Origin: an uncultured Candidatus Saccharibacteria bacterium
GTDB taxonomy: Bacteria; Patescibacteriota; Saccharimonadia; Saccharimonadales; Saccharimonadaceae
Length of the DNA: 64,000 nt
NCBI GenBank assembly: GCA_948945085.1
Contig: CARBGY010000002.1
Location: 45,065 to 109,064, forward strand
Direction: 5' to 3'
Numbering within the stretch: position 1 is the stretch's first letter; each line of letters opens with the position of its first letter. A model generated the notes under the pieces. It ran no database searches, was not told where the DNA came from, and was given only the letters and a program-made list of their open reading frames with translations. The position numbers were made by a program, and so were the translations under genes. Below are positions 30,447 to 40,380 of the stretch, one piece after another.

Positions 30447-31139
30447 CTAGTAACGGTAATTGTCATTCGCATCACGTCTAAGCTTGACCGACAATTCCCC
30501 ACTCGACAGAGTTGGCTGCTGGTAATACCGAGTAACTTGGTAGCGATTAGAATGCGCGGAGATGGTGACATTTCTTATGACGCCACTATTACCCTCGATG
30601 TACTCAGTATCAACGAAAACCTGGCCATCATAAGCATGAATAGTGTAACGCTCGGCTGCGTCCTTACCATGTGCGGGCACGCAGAGATAAAGACACCAGA
30701 GATCGGAAATTGGCAAAACTGCTGTATGTATTGTCCCGCCGTTTGATCGGTAATAATTAAGGCTAACATGGTCAAGAAAGACACCGACATACTTCAGCTT
30801 CCATTCCTTATTATAACCAAGCATGATTTTCTTCAAATTGATCAGAAAATCATATTTTGTCTGATTAAAGTGTGCACCGATATACGCATCAAACAGTACT
30901 TCGGCGGTAGAGATCTTTCTCAGAATATCATGCTCGTGCTGCGGAGACTCATCGTCGTAGGGTAAGATAATGGTTGGCTTGCGGGCGATACTGCTCGCTG
31001 CGCTACTGATTGATGAGCTATTTCCACCGATGATCCTAATTGGCGTATCGGGATCGAGAGGCTGGGTAATTTTGATGTTACCCATGTCGTCATGATGAAT
31101 CTTTGTTTCGTAGTTACATCCAGTGTTAAAAGTAATCAT
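30447..31139 (-). CDS. Hypothetical protein
   Basis: 230-aa ORF, AAGGGG upstream, promoter TTGACT-17-TAAAAT at 31219-31191. Confidence 0.6.
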   Translation of the reverse strand: MITFNTGCNYETKIHHDDMGNIKITQPLDPDTPIRIIGGNSSSISSAASSIARKPTIILPYDDESPQHEHDILRKISTAEVLFDAYIGAHFNQTKYDFLINLKKIMLGYNKEWKLKYVGVFLDHVSLNYYRSNGGTIHTAVLPISDLWCLYLCVPAHGKDAAERYTIHAYDGQVFVDTEYIEGNSGVIRNVTISAHSNRYQVTRYYQQPTLSSGELSVKLRRDANDNYRY

Positions 31140-31423
31140 TTTATTCCCCTTTCAATTAAGCTACAATTCAGTTTATAGAATCCTTTTTCTATTTTACCAC
31201 AGATTTATCAAAAAGTCAATAGTAAAATCATGTTTTTAGGTGTTTTTAGGGAGAAACCTGATGTTTATCTAAGAAAATGTATGATAAAGATTGATTTTTT
31301 TACTAAAGTATGCTACAACTAGAGTAGGACTTAGTCTTCAGACAGGGGGCGATAAATGCGTAGCTTCTCAAGTAGTAAAATCATTCAGTAAAAAATACCA
31401 ATTCAGAAAGCGAGGAAAAATGA

Positions 31424-32209
31424 ATGAAGATGGTAGTACCTTTGTTAACAGTAGTGGCTGCAATTAATGCAGCATCTTATGCCATAGCCAGATGGAATTG
31501 GCGACAGAGTGGTCAGTTCGGAGCCGAGCTGGTTGTAGCAAGGCCGGCCGACGAAAGCGGCATAATGAATTACTATGTCGCTGGAAACATCAACCAGCCA
31601 GATGTGGCTTTCAAGTTTATGGAGCGGGATCTGGAGGGCGGAATTACTTATGTCATGTATCGCGAAAATCGCGGGTGCGACATGCGCTTAATCGCAAGAC
31701 AAGTGATTAACGATGTACGACTGCATGATTACAAAGCACGGGTGATAGGGATTTCGATTGGCGACCTGGTTGGACGATATGCAGAGGACGAGCTATACAG
31801 AGTGCAGACTATCGCAATCAATCCGGAGCCGGATCCGAGGTTTTTAAAGCCCTGGGCGAGATGGTCGCTTAGAATTGGCACTCCGATAATGAAAGCTTTA
31901 TTGGTTCCTTGCGGATGGCTGAGTCAGCTGCCGCTGGCAAGAGGATTCTCGCTGGCGTTCTTGGCGGACCAGTGGTGGGAAATTGCCTACCGATCGGATA
32001 CTCCGACCGAGGAAGACAGCCTGATTGCGGTGATCTGCAGCAATAGGGACCAGTTCCTGAGCAATACATTCATTAAACGGGAATATGGCGGGATTCCGAC
32101 GGAATTCGCGGACGCGGATCATGGTAATACCGTCGATATGGCAGACGCATACGTTGTAGCTTGGAAACGATTGCTCAAACAGATAGGAGCACGTTTGCAG
32201 GAGTGGTAA
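31424..32209 (+). CDS. Alpha/beta-hydrolase-like protein
   Basis: GISIG nucleophile-elbow motif, later Asp and His (DQFL, DHG); terminator at 32232-32255. Confidence 0.55.
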   Translation: MKMVVPLLTVVAAINAASYAIARWNWRQSGQFGAELVVARPADESGIMNYYVAGNINQPDVAFKFMERDLEGGITYVMYRENRGCDMRLIARQVINDVRLHDYKARVIGISIGDLVGRYAEDELYRVQTIAINPEPDPRFLKPWARWSLRIGTPIMKALLVPCGWLSQLPLARGFSLAFLADQWWEIAYRSDTPTEEDSLIAVICSNRDQFLSNTFIKREYGGIPTEFADADHGNTVDMADAYVVAWKRLLKQIGARLQEW

Positions 32210-32273
32210 GAACGATGCGAATAGTAAGCAAAACCCCTGACTACGGTCAGGGGTTCGTTTTGTTAGGAGAATT

Positions 32274-33161
32274 TCAGCCTATTGTAGCAGCGTGAAAATC
32301 TAAAACATGGCAACAGTTTCGAGGGATTTGGATAGCCCTAACGCGATGACGGGCGAGAATTTCTTGTAGGGGTTCCTCGAGAAGATTTCCGAGGTAGAAG
32401 GGATTAAGTTCTTTTTTGACTGGCAGATCGGCCGCCCAGATACACCAGAAGAGGTTACCGAGATGATCGAGACCAAGTTTAGTGTTGCTAAGGCCATTAC
32501 ATCGCTCCTGAAGGGCGCAGTTCTTTTTGACTTTTCCAGAATAGCCAAAGGTACGAAAAACATCAATAAGACGATCGGCGATTAGATGATCATTAGGGAT
32601 AGATTGCTGATTGCGTCCAACTGGCATAAGTCGCAAGAGCAAGACTGAAGAAGGATTGGTCGGCAAGAGGCTCTTTACGAGATGTTCGCAGTAGCTTTGG
32701 GACATCTCCCAAACTGGGAGCATGACATTATGCTCAATTCCCATTCGGTTCAGCATATTAAGTGCCATGAGATTTGTCAGGTTGTAGCCTTTACGAAGAG
32801 GATCATGGTACCACCAGGGGCGATCATACGTCAAATCATATGAACCAGCAAGAGATTTCAGTAATGGGGGGGGGGATGAATGAGCCAGGACAGAAAGACC
32901 GAGGCCGGAGATGGAAATATTCTCGCGTCCATAAGTTGCAGAAGCAAGTTGCATGACTTCCAGACTTCCCTCGCCGCACCAGGGATCGCCGCCGGAAAAG
33001 TCAATCCGAACCGGCAACTTGGAATCAATGATAGCTCGCAAAATTCTGAGCTTCAGATCAGCATTGTCCTGAAAGGTTGTACGAGCGGAGGCAGCACAAT
33101 GCGAACAGTGATACCGACACTTTAAAGTGAGGTTCCAAACAAGACGGACTTCTTCAAACAT
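32274..33161 (-). CDS. Radical SAM protein with SPASM/twitch-like C-terminus
   Basis: WNLTLKCRYHCSHC, FSGGDP, C-terminal C...G...C...LGNL. Confidence 0.85.
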   Translation of the reverse strand: MFEEVRLVWNLTLKCRYHCSHCAASARTTFQDNADLKLRILRAIIDSKLPVRIDFSGGDPWCGEGSLEVMQLASATYGRENISISGLGLSVLAHSSPPPLLKSLAGSYDLTYDRPWWYHDPLRKGYNLTNLMALNMLNRMGIEHNVMLPVWEMSQSYCEHLVKSLLPTNPSSVLLLRLMPVGRNQQSIPNDHLIADRLIDVFRTFGYSGKVKKNCALQERCNGLSNTKLGLDHLGNLFWCIWAADLPVKKELNPFYLGNLLEEPLQEILARHRVRAIQIPRNCCHVLDFHAATIG

Positions 33162-33359
33162 GTTTTCTCCTTTCTAAATTGCAAAACTACGAGGTTACCT
33201 ACTGGTTAAATTTTTAGTATATCCTGTCATCTTTTTATAGTACTTTTGGGTTTTTGTCAAGGTTTAATTCGAGATTAAAATTGTCAATATTGACGACCAC
33301 CTCAAGGGGTGGTTTTTTTCTGGACCGAAGTTTAGGATAGATGTGATACAATATAGAAT

Positions 33360-34571
33360 ATGAGATTATCGGAAGAACTAATTTGGCGAGGCTTTTCAGC
33401 CGAAACAACCATTCAAGACCCAACAGAGTTAGATACAAGAGAAGTGAAAAAGTTTTATTGGGGGGCGGATCCGTCGGCTGATAGTTTAACGATCGGTAAC
33501 TTAGCGGCTGCGATGATGTGTGCCTGCTTTGTAAGACATGGGTATGAGCCGACGTTGTTGGTTGGAGGGGCGACGGGACAGATTGGCGATCCGAAGGAGA
33601 ATGGTGAACGAGATTTGAAGTCGTTAGACGAGGTTGAACATAATAAGAAATGTATTGCAGAGCAGATGCGACGAGTCTTTCGGCAAGATGATATTCGGGT
33701 TGTAGATAACTATGACTGGTTTAAAGAAATGAAATATTTAGAGTTTTTGCGTGAGGTTGGGAAAGCTTTCTCGATGACGCAGTTACTTGATCGGCAGTTT
33801 GTACAGAATAGAATTGGTGAAGGTGGGAGCGGAATTTCTTATGCAGAATTTTCTTATACTTTAATCCAGGGTTATGATTTTTTGCATTTGTATCGAAAAT
33901 ATGGAATTAATTTACAACTTTGTGGGGCGGACCAGTTTGGAAATTGCTCGAGCGGAATTCATTTAATTAAAAGGTTGGAGGGAGCAAAGGCTGACGCATG
34001 GTCGACACCACTAATTATTGATCCAGCAACAGGGAGAAAGTTTGGAAAATCAGAGGGTAATGCGATTTGGTTAGACAGCAAGAAGACCTCGATATTCGAT
34101 TTTTATCAGTTCTGGCTCAATCAGACTGATGAGGCGGTGGAATATCTCTTGAAAATTTACACGTTGCTCGAGAAGGATGAAGTTGAAGAAATTATGGCGA
34201 AACATCAAACCAATCCTGGACAGCGTGAAGCGCAGAAGGCCTTAGCACGAGGAGTAACGGAAGTTGTACACGGTAAAGAAGCTACAGAGGCGGTAATAAA
34301 TCTAAGCGAAAGATTATTTAAAGGTGGGTTAGAGGAGCTGACGAGCGATGAAATTTGTGAGTTTAGTGAGTTTCTAGCAACAGCGAAGAAGAGGACAGGA
34401 CTGTTTGAAGTTTTGGTAAAGACAGGGCTTTGTACGAGTAAGGGCGAGGCGCGGAAGTTAGCGGCGGCGGGGGCGATTACAGTAAATGGGGTAAAGGTAG
34501 CAGAGGATGCGCCGATTAGTCAAACTGCAATAGTGAAGCGGGGGAAGAATAAGTTTGCGGTGGTGGTGTAA
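33360..34571 (+). CDS. tyrS: Tyrosine--tRNA ligase
   Basis: YWGADPSADSLTIGN, QGYDF, GADQFGN, KFGKSEGN, S4-like tail. Confidence 0.97.
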   Translation: MRLSEELIWRGFSAETTIQDPTELDTREVKKFYWGADPSADSLTIGNLAAAMMCACFVRHGYEPTLLVGGATGQIGDPKENGERDLKSLDEVEHNKKCIAEQMRRVFRQDDIRVVDNYDWFKEMKYLEFLREVGKAFSMTQLLDRQFVQNRIGEGGSGISYAEFSYTLIQGYDFLHLYRKYGINLQLCGADQFGNCSSGIHLIKRLEGAKADAWSTPLIIDPATGRKFGKSEGNAIWLDSKKTSIFDFYQFWLNQTDEAVEYLLKIYTLLEKDEVEEIMAKHQTNPGQREAQKALARGVTEVVHGKEATEAVINLSERLFKGGLEELTSDEICEFSEFLATAKKRTGLFEVLVKTGLCTSKGEARKLAAAGAITVNGVKVAEDAPISQTAIVKRGKNKFAVVV

Positions 34572-34627
34572 TTAAAAAAGCCGCCCAGCGGGGTGCTGAG
34601 CGGTTTGAGAGTCTTGCAGACGTGAGA

Positions 34628-35572
34628 TTAGTCATCACAGTTTACCCCTCCGCCGATGGGAGCGAGGGCGCTGTTGCTAGTTTTTGTCGACGATGCAACA
34701 GTCGTAGGCAGTAGAGGAGATGATTCCAAGAGAAAGCGGTGGCCAACGAGACAGAGTGCCATGATAACACAGGTTGCTAGACCGATGCGGAAGATATTCT
34801 TCTGAGTGGTTGGCTGAGGCACGCGTTCAATGCAGAATTCTAGACCAAATTTTTTGGCTGTCTTCTTGGAAGTTAAAACTGTCCAGCGTCGGTGTGAGAG
34901 ATACCCTAGCCAGAGGTATCGCGTGGATATCTCCGCTGCGTACTTCTTCGCTTTCTGTGTATATTGCTCGTAGTCATTACCGTTTTTTATGAGAACGTAA
35001 TTATACTTTCTCGTGACAACGATAGACTGCCTAATATAATCTCGTTGCAAAAAGGCAGCAAAATCCATGCATGAGAAGGCACCGTCGGAAGTCCCAGGGT
35101 GATTATGTAAACTTATAACATCTTCTCTGCGCTGGTCTATTTCTTTCCAATCCTCTGAGGTAATATTACAGCTCTTTGGGGACTGATAAGTGCCCTCAGC
35201 TAGTTTCCTTCCAGAAAGGTCGAAAAAAGCGTTATACTCCCAATCTTCGTGTCGGATAGCTTCCATTACTTCCTTGAGATTATTGCCATGATTCGAGACG
35301 GTTGCTGTATTCTGAGTCTGATGTGCAGTCTCTAAATAATCGATTATTTCCTCTTTGAACTCGTCAGAAAAAGCAATATCGATTAGGTACAAAAGTCTAA
35401 ACATTAGCCCTAGGAATATCATATCAACTGCAGGTGCGATTACCACGCAAATCACGATATTCCCAGTAACAATAGACATCAGTGTACCGCCACCTATTAA
35501 TAAAAACAATACTCCGCAAATTACTGCATAATACACTACATAATATATTACCTTTTTCTTATTAATCTTCAT
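34628..35572 (-). CDS. Membrane protein with JAB/MPN-like metal-binding motif
   Basis: Start moved to ATG 35572 (GGAGG); two N-terminal TMs; E...LHNHP....FS..D; C-terminal TM. Confidence 0.55.
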   Translation of the reverse strand: MKINKKKVIYYVVYYAVICGVLFLLIGGGTLMSIVTGNIVICVVIAPAVDMIFLGLMFRLLYLIDIAFSDEFKEEIIDYLETAHQTQNTATVSNHGNNLKEVMEAIRHEDWEYNAFFDLSGRKLAEGTYQSPKSCNITSEDWKEIDQRREDVISLHNHPGTSDGAFSCMDFAAFLQRDYIRQSIVVTRKYNYVLIKNGNDYEQYTQKAKKYAAEISTRYLWLGYLSHRRWTVLTSKKTAKKFGLEFCIERVPQPTTQKNIFRIGLATCVIMALCLVGHRFLLESSPLLPTTVASSTKTSNSALAPIGGGVNCDD

Positions 35573-35838
35573 TTTATCCCTCCATTTTTCTTGAAGATCA
35601 CGTTGCAAACTCTTAATGTACACTAGAGGCATATTCTGTTGCGCCCCTTTTTATCCATTAAAAAGTTTTGCGGCGCGTGAATACACCCTATTTCTTTATT
35701 GTAGCACAGTATATATTATTTGTCAATAGTTTTTATGGTTTTTAGACAATGTTTCAAATATTTTGTACAAATGTGACAGAAAAGTGACGTTTTTTGGTAC
35801 ATTTTAGTGATTTTATGAGTTTGTGATATAATTAGGTT

Positions 35839-38583
35839 ATGACAAAAACTGCGAAAGATTTCGGAATGAAGCCGGTTGCGAAAAAACCGGCGAAGAGAGG
35901 AAATATGGGGGTTTATTCGAGTTTGGTGACAAACCAGACGAAAAAGTTAGCTTCTTCGGTAAAGGCTGCGAAGGGGAAAGCGTCGGAAATGATGACAAAG
36001 CGGAGCTCCGGAAAAAGTAGCGACGGGAGCAAAAAATTGCGTCCGCTGCCAAAAGAACAGCCGGCACGGTTTTTTGCGCATTTTAGATGGGAGAGAATTA
36101 AGGCTTATTGGTTTTCGAAGGCTGGTTTGAAGCGAGTTGGGAAAATTTTTGCGGCATGTTTTTTGTTAGGGATTATTGCGGTAGGGGCATTATTTGTTTA
36201 TTACAAGAGCCAATTAAAAGAAATTCAACTAAACGATTTGACAATCTCGGAAACCGTCAATACCTATCTAGATCGAAACGGTGTGGTGCTTTGGGAAGAC
36301 AAAGGAGATGCGGACTATCGGTTGGTTGTTGATGGCGATGATATTTCGACATATGTGCGCCAAGCGACGGTGGCGATCGAGGATAGGAGCTTCTACAGTC
36401 ATCCGGGAGTGGATTTATCGGCGCTAGTGCGAGCGGTGTTGTCGACCGTGACTGGAAAGGGCGTGCAGGGTGGTTCGACCTTGACGCAGCAGTTGATTAA
36501 GCAGATTTATTTCTCGGATGAGGCGGCATCAGAAAACCGTGGTGGTATTGCGCGTAAAGTGAAAGAGCTAATCCTTTCAATTGAGCTTGAGAAGATGTAT
36601 AGCAAAGAGCAAATTATTACGATGTATCTCAATGAGTCCCCTTACGGTGGACGCAGAAACGGAATCGAGAGTGCAGCACAGACGTATTTTGGAAAAAGCG
36701 CGAAGGATTTAAACTTGGCAGAAAGTGCCTTGCTAGCGTCGATTCCGAATAACCCGGCGATTTTGAATCCGTATTATGAGGCTGGGAACGAGGCTCTAAT
36801 TGAGCGACAACATAAAACTCTGGACGTGATGGCGGAGCTTGGGTATATTACAAAAGAAGAAGCAGAAGAAGCAAAGGCGGTGCCGATTTTGGATCAGATC
36901 TTGCCAGAATCGAGCCAATATGACAATATTAAGGCTCCCCACTTTGTGATGGAAGTAAAGAAGCAGCTTGAAGAAAAGTATGGTATGCAGACTATGCGTA
37001 CTGGTGGCTATACGATTACCACAACACTTGATTACCGAGCGCAGGAGATGGCTGAAGCAGCGGTACAAGAGGGGCGAGCAATGCTGTACACGAATGGCAG
37101 TGATAATATTGCATTAGCGTCGGTAGATGTGGAAACGGCGCAGGTGATTGCAATGGTAGGGTCAGTAGATTGGGAAACTCCGGTTTATGGAGAAGTTAAT
37201 GCGGCAGTGTCGGAGCTTGAGCCAGGATCAACGATTAAGCCGGTATTAGATTATTCTTCCCTGTTTAGCTTAACTGGTGACGCTGTGTATGGACCGGGGA
37301 CGATCTTGAAAGATGAAAACATTGATTCGTTGTATTGTGCAGGATACACTGGAGCGTGCGCCTTACGGAACTTTACGGGGTCATTTTACGGAAATATTAC
37401 AATCCGAGAGTCGCTAGGAAACTCGCTTAACATTGGTGCGGTAAAAGCATTAGCGATCGCAGGTATTGATAATTCGCTGGAAATCTTGCATAATCTGGGT
37501 GATAAAAATTACTGCGCAAACAATAACACAGCTGGGTTGTCGATGGCAATTGGTAGTGGATGTACAGTTTTACCAGTAGAGCACGCCAATACTTATGCTT
37601 CCTTAGCGAGAGGTGGTGTTTATAAGGAATTAACTTATGTACTAGAAGTGAAAGATCAAAATGGGAAGGTGATTGATACTTGGCACGATGAAGCGGGTGA
37701 GCGGGCAATCGATGAGCAGGTCGCTTACGAACTTTCTAGCATTTTGTCGGATGCAGGTGCGCGCCAATTAGTCTTCGGTTCGAGTGGAAGTGCGCCAGGT
37801 TTTGTAGTGAATGGTGTTTGGACCGCAACTAAGACCGGTACTTCGACAACCTCTAACAGTGCCGTTGCGAAAGATTTATGGATGGCTAGCTACTCGACTG
37901 CTGTAGCGACAGTGGTTTGGAATGGTAATCATGATGGTTCAGGATTAACAAGTAGCTCAAACAATGTAACCCGAGTCGTAGTAAATTCTTACATGGAGAA
38001 CGTACATAAGAATCTGTATGCCCAAGAGGGTAAATGGAAATCCGGTGATGAGCCAGTGCGACCGGCGGGAATTCAGGAACTGACCGTCAATGGTAAGACC
38101 GATATTTGGCCGAGCTGGTATAATTCGAAAAACTCGGGAGTTACGACAGAGAAAGTTGCGTTTAATAAAGCAAACGGAAAGAGAGCAATCGCTTGTACAC
38201 CGGAGGATCAAAGGATTGAGCTTGAGATTACGAAGATTATTGACCCGATTACGAAGAATGAAGTATGGAATGTACCAGAGGGCTACGATTACGAATCAGA
38301 AGACACCTGTGATGTCGTCAGTCCGGAGATTGGCTTAGAATTAAGGAAATTTGATTCTGAGGCGCCGTGGTTATTCATTACCTTTAAAGAGGGGTCAAAC
38401 AAGCTTAAGAGTTACAAGATTACGGTGGACGGAGTTTTGACAGGAAGTGGATCCGTGACTGATTTGGTGATGACAAATGGACTTAAACAGACTCTGGCTG
38501 GAAACGAGAAGGATGTAACGGTTGAATTGATTGATGAGTCTGGTCTCTCGGTGAAGAAGTCATTTACGATGTTTAACTGGTAG
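35839..38583 (+). CDS. Class A penicillin-binding protein (transglycosylase/transpeptidase)
   Basis: EDRSFYSHPG, GGSTLTQQ, RK.KE, YLN; STIK, SLN, KTGT. Confidence 0.95.
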   Translation: MTKTAKDFGMKPVAKKPAKRGNMGVYSSLVTNQTKKLASSVKAAKGKASEMMTKRSSGKSSDGSKKLRPLPKEQPARFFAHFRWERIKAYWFSKAGLKRVGKIFAACFLLGIIAVGALFVYYKSQLKEIQLNDLTISETVNTYLDRNGVVLWEDKGDADYRLVVDGDDISTYVRQATVAIEDRSFYSHPGVDLSALVRAVLSTVTGKGVQGGSTLTQQLIKQIYFSDEAASENRGGIARKVKELILSIELEKMYSKEQIITMYLNESPYGGRRNGIESAAQTYFGKSAKDLNLAESALLASIPNNPAILNPYYEAGNEALIERQHKTLDVMAELGYITKEEAEEAKAVPILDQILPESSQYDNIKAPHFVMEVKKQLEEKYGMQTMRTGGYTITTTLDYRAQEMAEAAVQEGRAMLYTNGSDNIALASVDVETAQVIAMVGSVDWETPVYGEVNAAVSELEPGSTIKPVLDYSSLFSLTGDAVYGPGTILKDENIDSLYCAGYTGACALRNFTGSFYGNITIRESLGNSLNIGAVKALAIAGIDNSLEILHNLGDKNYCANNNTAGLSMAIGSGCTVLPVEHANTYASLARGGVYKELTYVLEVKDQNGKVIDTWHDEAGERAIDEQVAYELSSILSDAGARQLVFGSSGSAPGFVVNGVWTATKTGTSTTSNSAVAKDLWMASYSTAVATVVWNGNHDGSGLTSSSNNVTRVVVNSYMENVHKNLYAQEGKWKSGDEPVRPAGIQELTVNGKTDIWPSWYNSKNSGVTTEKVAFNKANGKRAIACTPEDQRIELEITKIIDPITKNEVWNVPEGYDYESEDTCDVVSPEIGLELRKFDSEAPWLFITFKEGSNKLKSYKITVDGVLTGSGSVTDLVMTNGLKQTLAGNEKDVTVELIDESGLSVKKSFTMFNW

Positions 38584-38614
38584 AGTTGGATGTTTGTGAT
38601 GTGGGGGCATACAA

Positions 38615-38819
38615 CTAGCGCGCCGAGAAACCACGGGATCGATTGTCGTAGTATGATGGAGCGATGTTTGTACTACTGAGATGAGAGCGGTATGCGTCTG
38701 TGGCGGTGGGGTAAATGGTAGTTGGCCAGTAGCCACTATCGTTACCCGCGAACTTTAATGAACCAGAATTTAGATTGATATACCCGCCGCGTACATAGTA
38801 TAAGGGACTGGCTGCGGTG
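38615..38819 (-). repeat. Variable cassette B1
   Basis: TAASPLYYVRGGYINLNSGSLKFAGNDSGYWPTTIYPTATDAYRSHLSSTNIAPSYYDNRSRGFSAR*; colinear with 50960-51162. Confidence 0.85.
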
Positions 38820-38917
38820 TTGTTTAAGTAGTTATCGGCACTCGTACCTTTTATGATCAGTGAGACGGTGGCGCTCATGCATCCGTACACTCGTGTAACT
38901 AGCACATTTGTACACAA

Positions 38918-39167
38918 ATGTACGTCCGTAGCGGATATATCTTGTTAACTTATCGGTCTCTACGTTACGCTGGACGTTTTGGTTATGTGCGCTCCAATAC
39001 TACTGAACGTACTAAATTCGATCCAGCCATTGTTTATTCCTATTACTATCATTTTGATTAAAACTATAGTACCCCATCAAGTGGTCCGTTAGATTCCTGG
39101 CATGCTCACCCCATCCGCTGTCTAGCATACTAATAATATATATTATGTATCATATGTGGGTTAGATA
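38918..39167 (+). repeat. Variable cassette A2 plus tail type 2 (internal TAA at 39059-39061)
   Basis: MYVRSGYILLTYRSLRYAGRFGYVRSNTTERTKFDPAIVYSYYYHFD*NYSTPSSGPLDSWHAHPIRCLAY*. Confidence 0.85.
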
Positions 39168-39201
39168 GCGCTAGTGTAAAGTCTTTGCTTTGGATGGTTT
39201 T

Positions 39202-40380
39202 CTAATTTGAGAGTTCAGGAAGGTCGATGCCATGAGTATGAGCGTATTTAGTGTTTTCTTTGAGCACTTTTTGGTATTTCTCTACAAGATCGTCGCGGTG
39301 CTCGAGCTTTGCAACATCAAGTGCTAAATGATAGCGAGAAGCTGAATTTACGCTAAGCATCTCGAACGGAGTTGTTGTACTTCCCTGTTCCAGAAAACCA
39401 TGAACTTTAAAGCGCGCCGAATCACTATAATTAGATAGAATTTGTTTTAGGGTATCTGGGTAGCCGTGAAAATCGGCAATAATAGGTTTGTCTTTAGTGA
39501 AGGTTTTATCAAACTCAGCCGGTGTAAGCTTGCGATCAACCGTTCCGATTGCACCATACGATAGGGCAGAAATATTAACAAAGCGGAACTTTTTGTTTGG
39601 AAGATCTTTGCGGAGAAGCTTGATAGCCATAATTGCCTCATTACTAACAATATCACCGACTCCAGCAAAAACATAATCTGGATCTTCATCACTAAGAAAA
39701 TCAAAGATGCTTATGCCACCATCACCAAACTGGGAGTCTGCTTCGTGAGAGTTTAACCAGCGAGGCTGATCGGTTTTATTAAATGTTGTAAGATTTACAA
39801 CATTATTAGTATGCATCATATAGATAAAGGATGCTTCCGCGGTGACATCATCGATAGGAAAAAGACAGTTGCTAAGATTACTCGGCAGACTAAGTAACGT
39901 CGAGATGAGTGCAGGCGATTGATGTGTAAAACCATTATGGTCTTGACGCCAACAGGTACTAGTTGATAAAAGGTTAGCAGCAGGATATTCAGGACGCCAA
40001 GTAACTTTTTTGGATTGCTGGAGAAACTTAAGATGCTGGAGAAGTTGTGAGGCAATAATCATGAAGAAGGATTCGTAACTCGTCATAGCGGCATGACCGC
40101 CAGCGGAAAGATGACCGGCCATACAGGCAAAAAGTGAATTTTCCGAAAGCATTTCGATAATGCGGCCATCCGGTGACTCCGGCATGTCAAAATCAGCACG
40201 AGGTAGATTCCAGGCGCGGCTAGATACTTCATAGACAGCATCGAGTTTATTGCTAGTGGTTTCATCGGGAGAAAAAAGATAAAAATCGTCATGTTTCGAC
40301 ATGTAATCTGCCATAGCGGCGCCAATACTCTTAGCGGGAGAAAATTTTTCCGTGCCGGGATTTTCTACTATGTCAATCAT
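39202..40380 (-). CDS. xfp: Phosphoketolase, C-terminal half
   Basis: FSPDETTSNKL, GRIIEMLSE, SYESF, WRQDHNGFTHQ, FHGYP, E.GSTTTPF. Confidence 0.88.
   Translation of the reverse strand: MIDIVENPGTEKFSPAKSIGAAMADYMSKHDDFYLFSPDETTSNKLDAVYEVSSRAWNLPRADFDMPESPDGRIIEMLSENSLFACMAGHLSAGGHAAMTSYESFFMIIASQLLQHLKFLQQSKKVTWRPEYPAANLLSTSTCWRQDHNGFTHQSPALISTLLSLPSNLSNCLFPIDDVTAEASFIYMMHTNNVVNLTTFNKTDQPRWLNSHEADSQFGDGGISIFDFLSDEDPDYVFAGVGDIVSNEAIMAIKLLRKDLPNKKFRFVNISALSYGAIGTVDRKLTPAEFDKTFTKDKPIIADFHGYPDTLKQILSNYSDSARFKVHGFLEQGSTTTPFEMLSVNSASRYHLALDVAKLEHRDDLVEKYQKVLKENTKYAHTHGIDLPELSN

Noticed and set aside
38615..38917. ORF-track calls 38615..38917, 50832..51101 and 51887..52090 as stand-alone genes
   Set aside because: They are arbitrary start/stop extensions of cassettes B1, B2 and A4. 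Homology begins and ends at the anchors, and one ORF reads through a tandem repeat.
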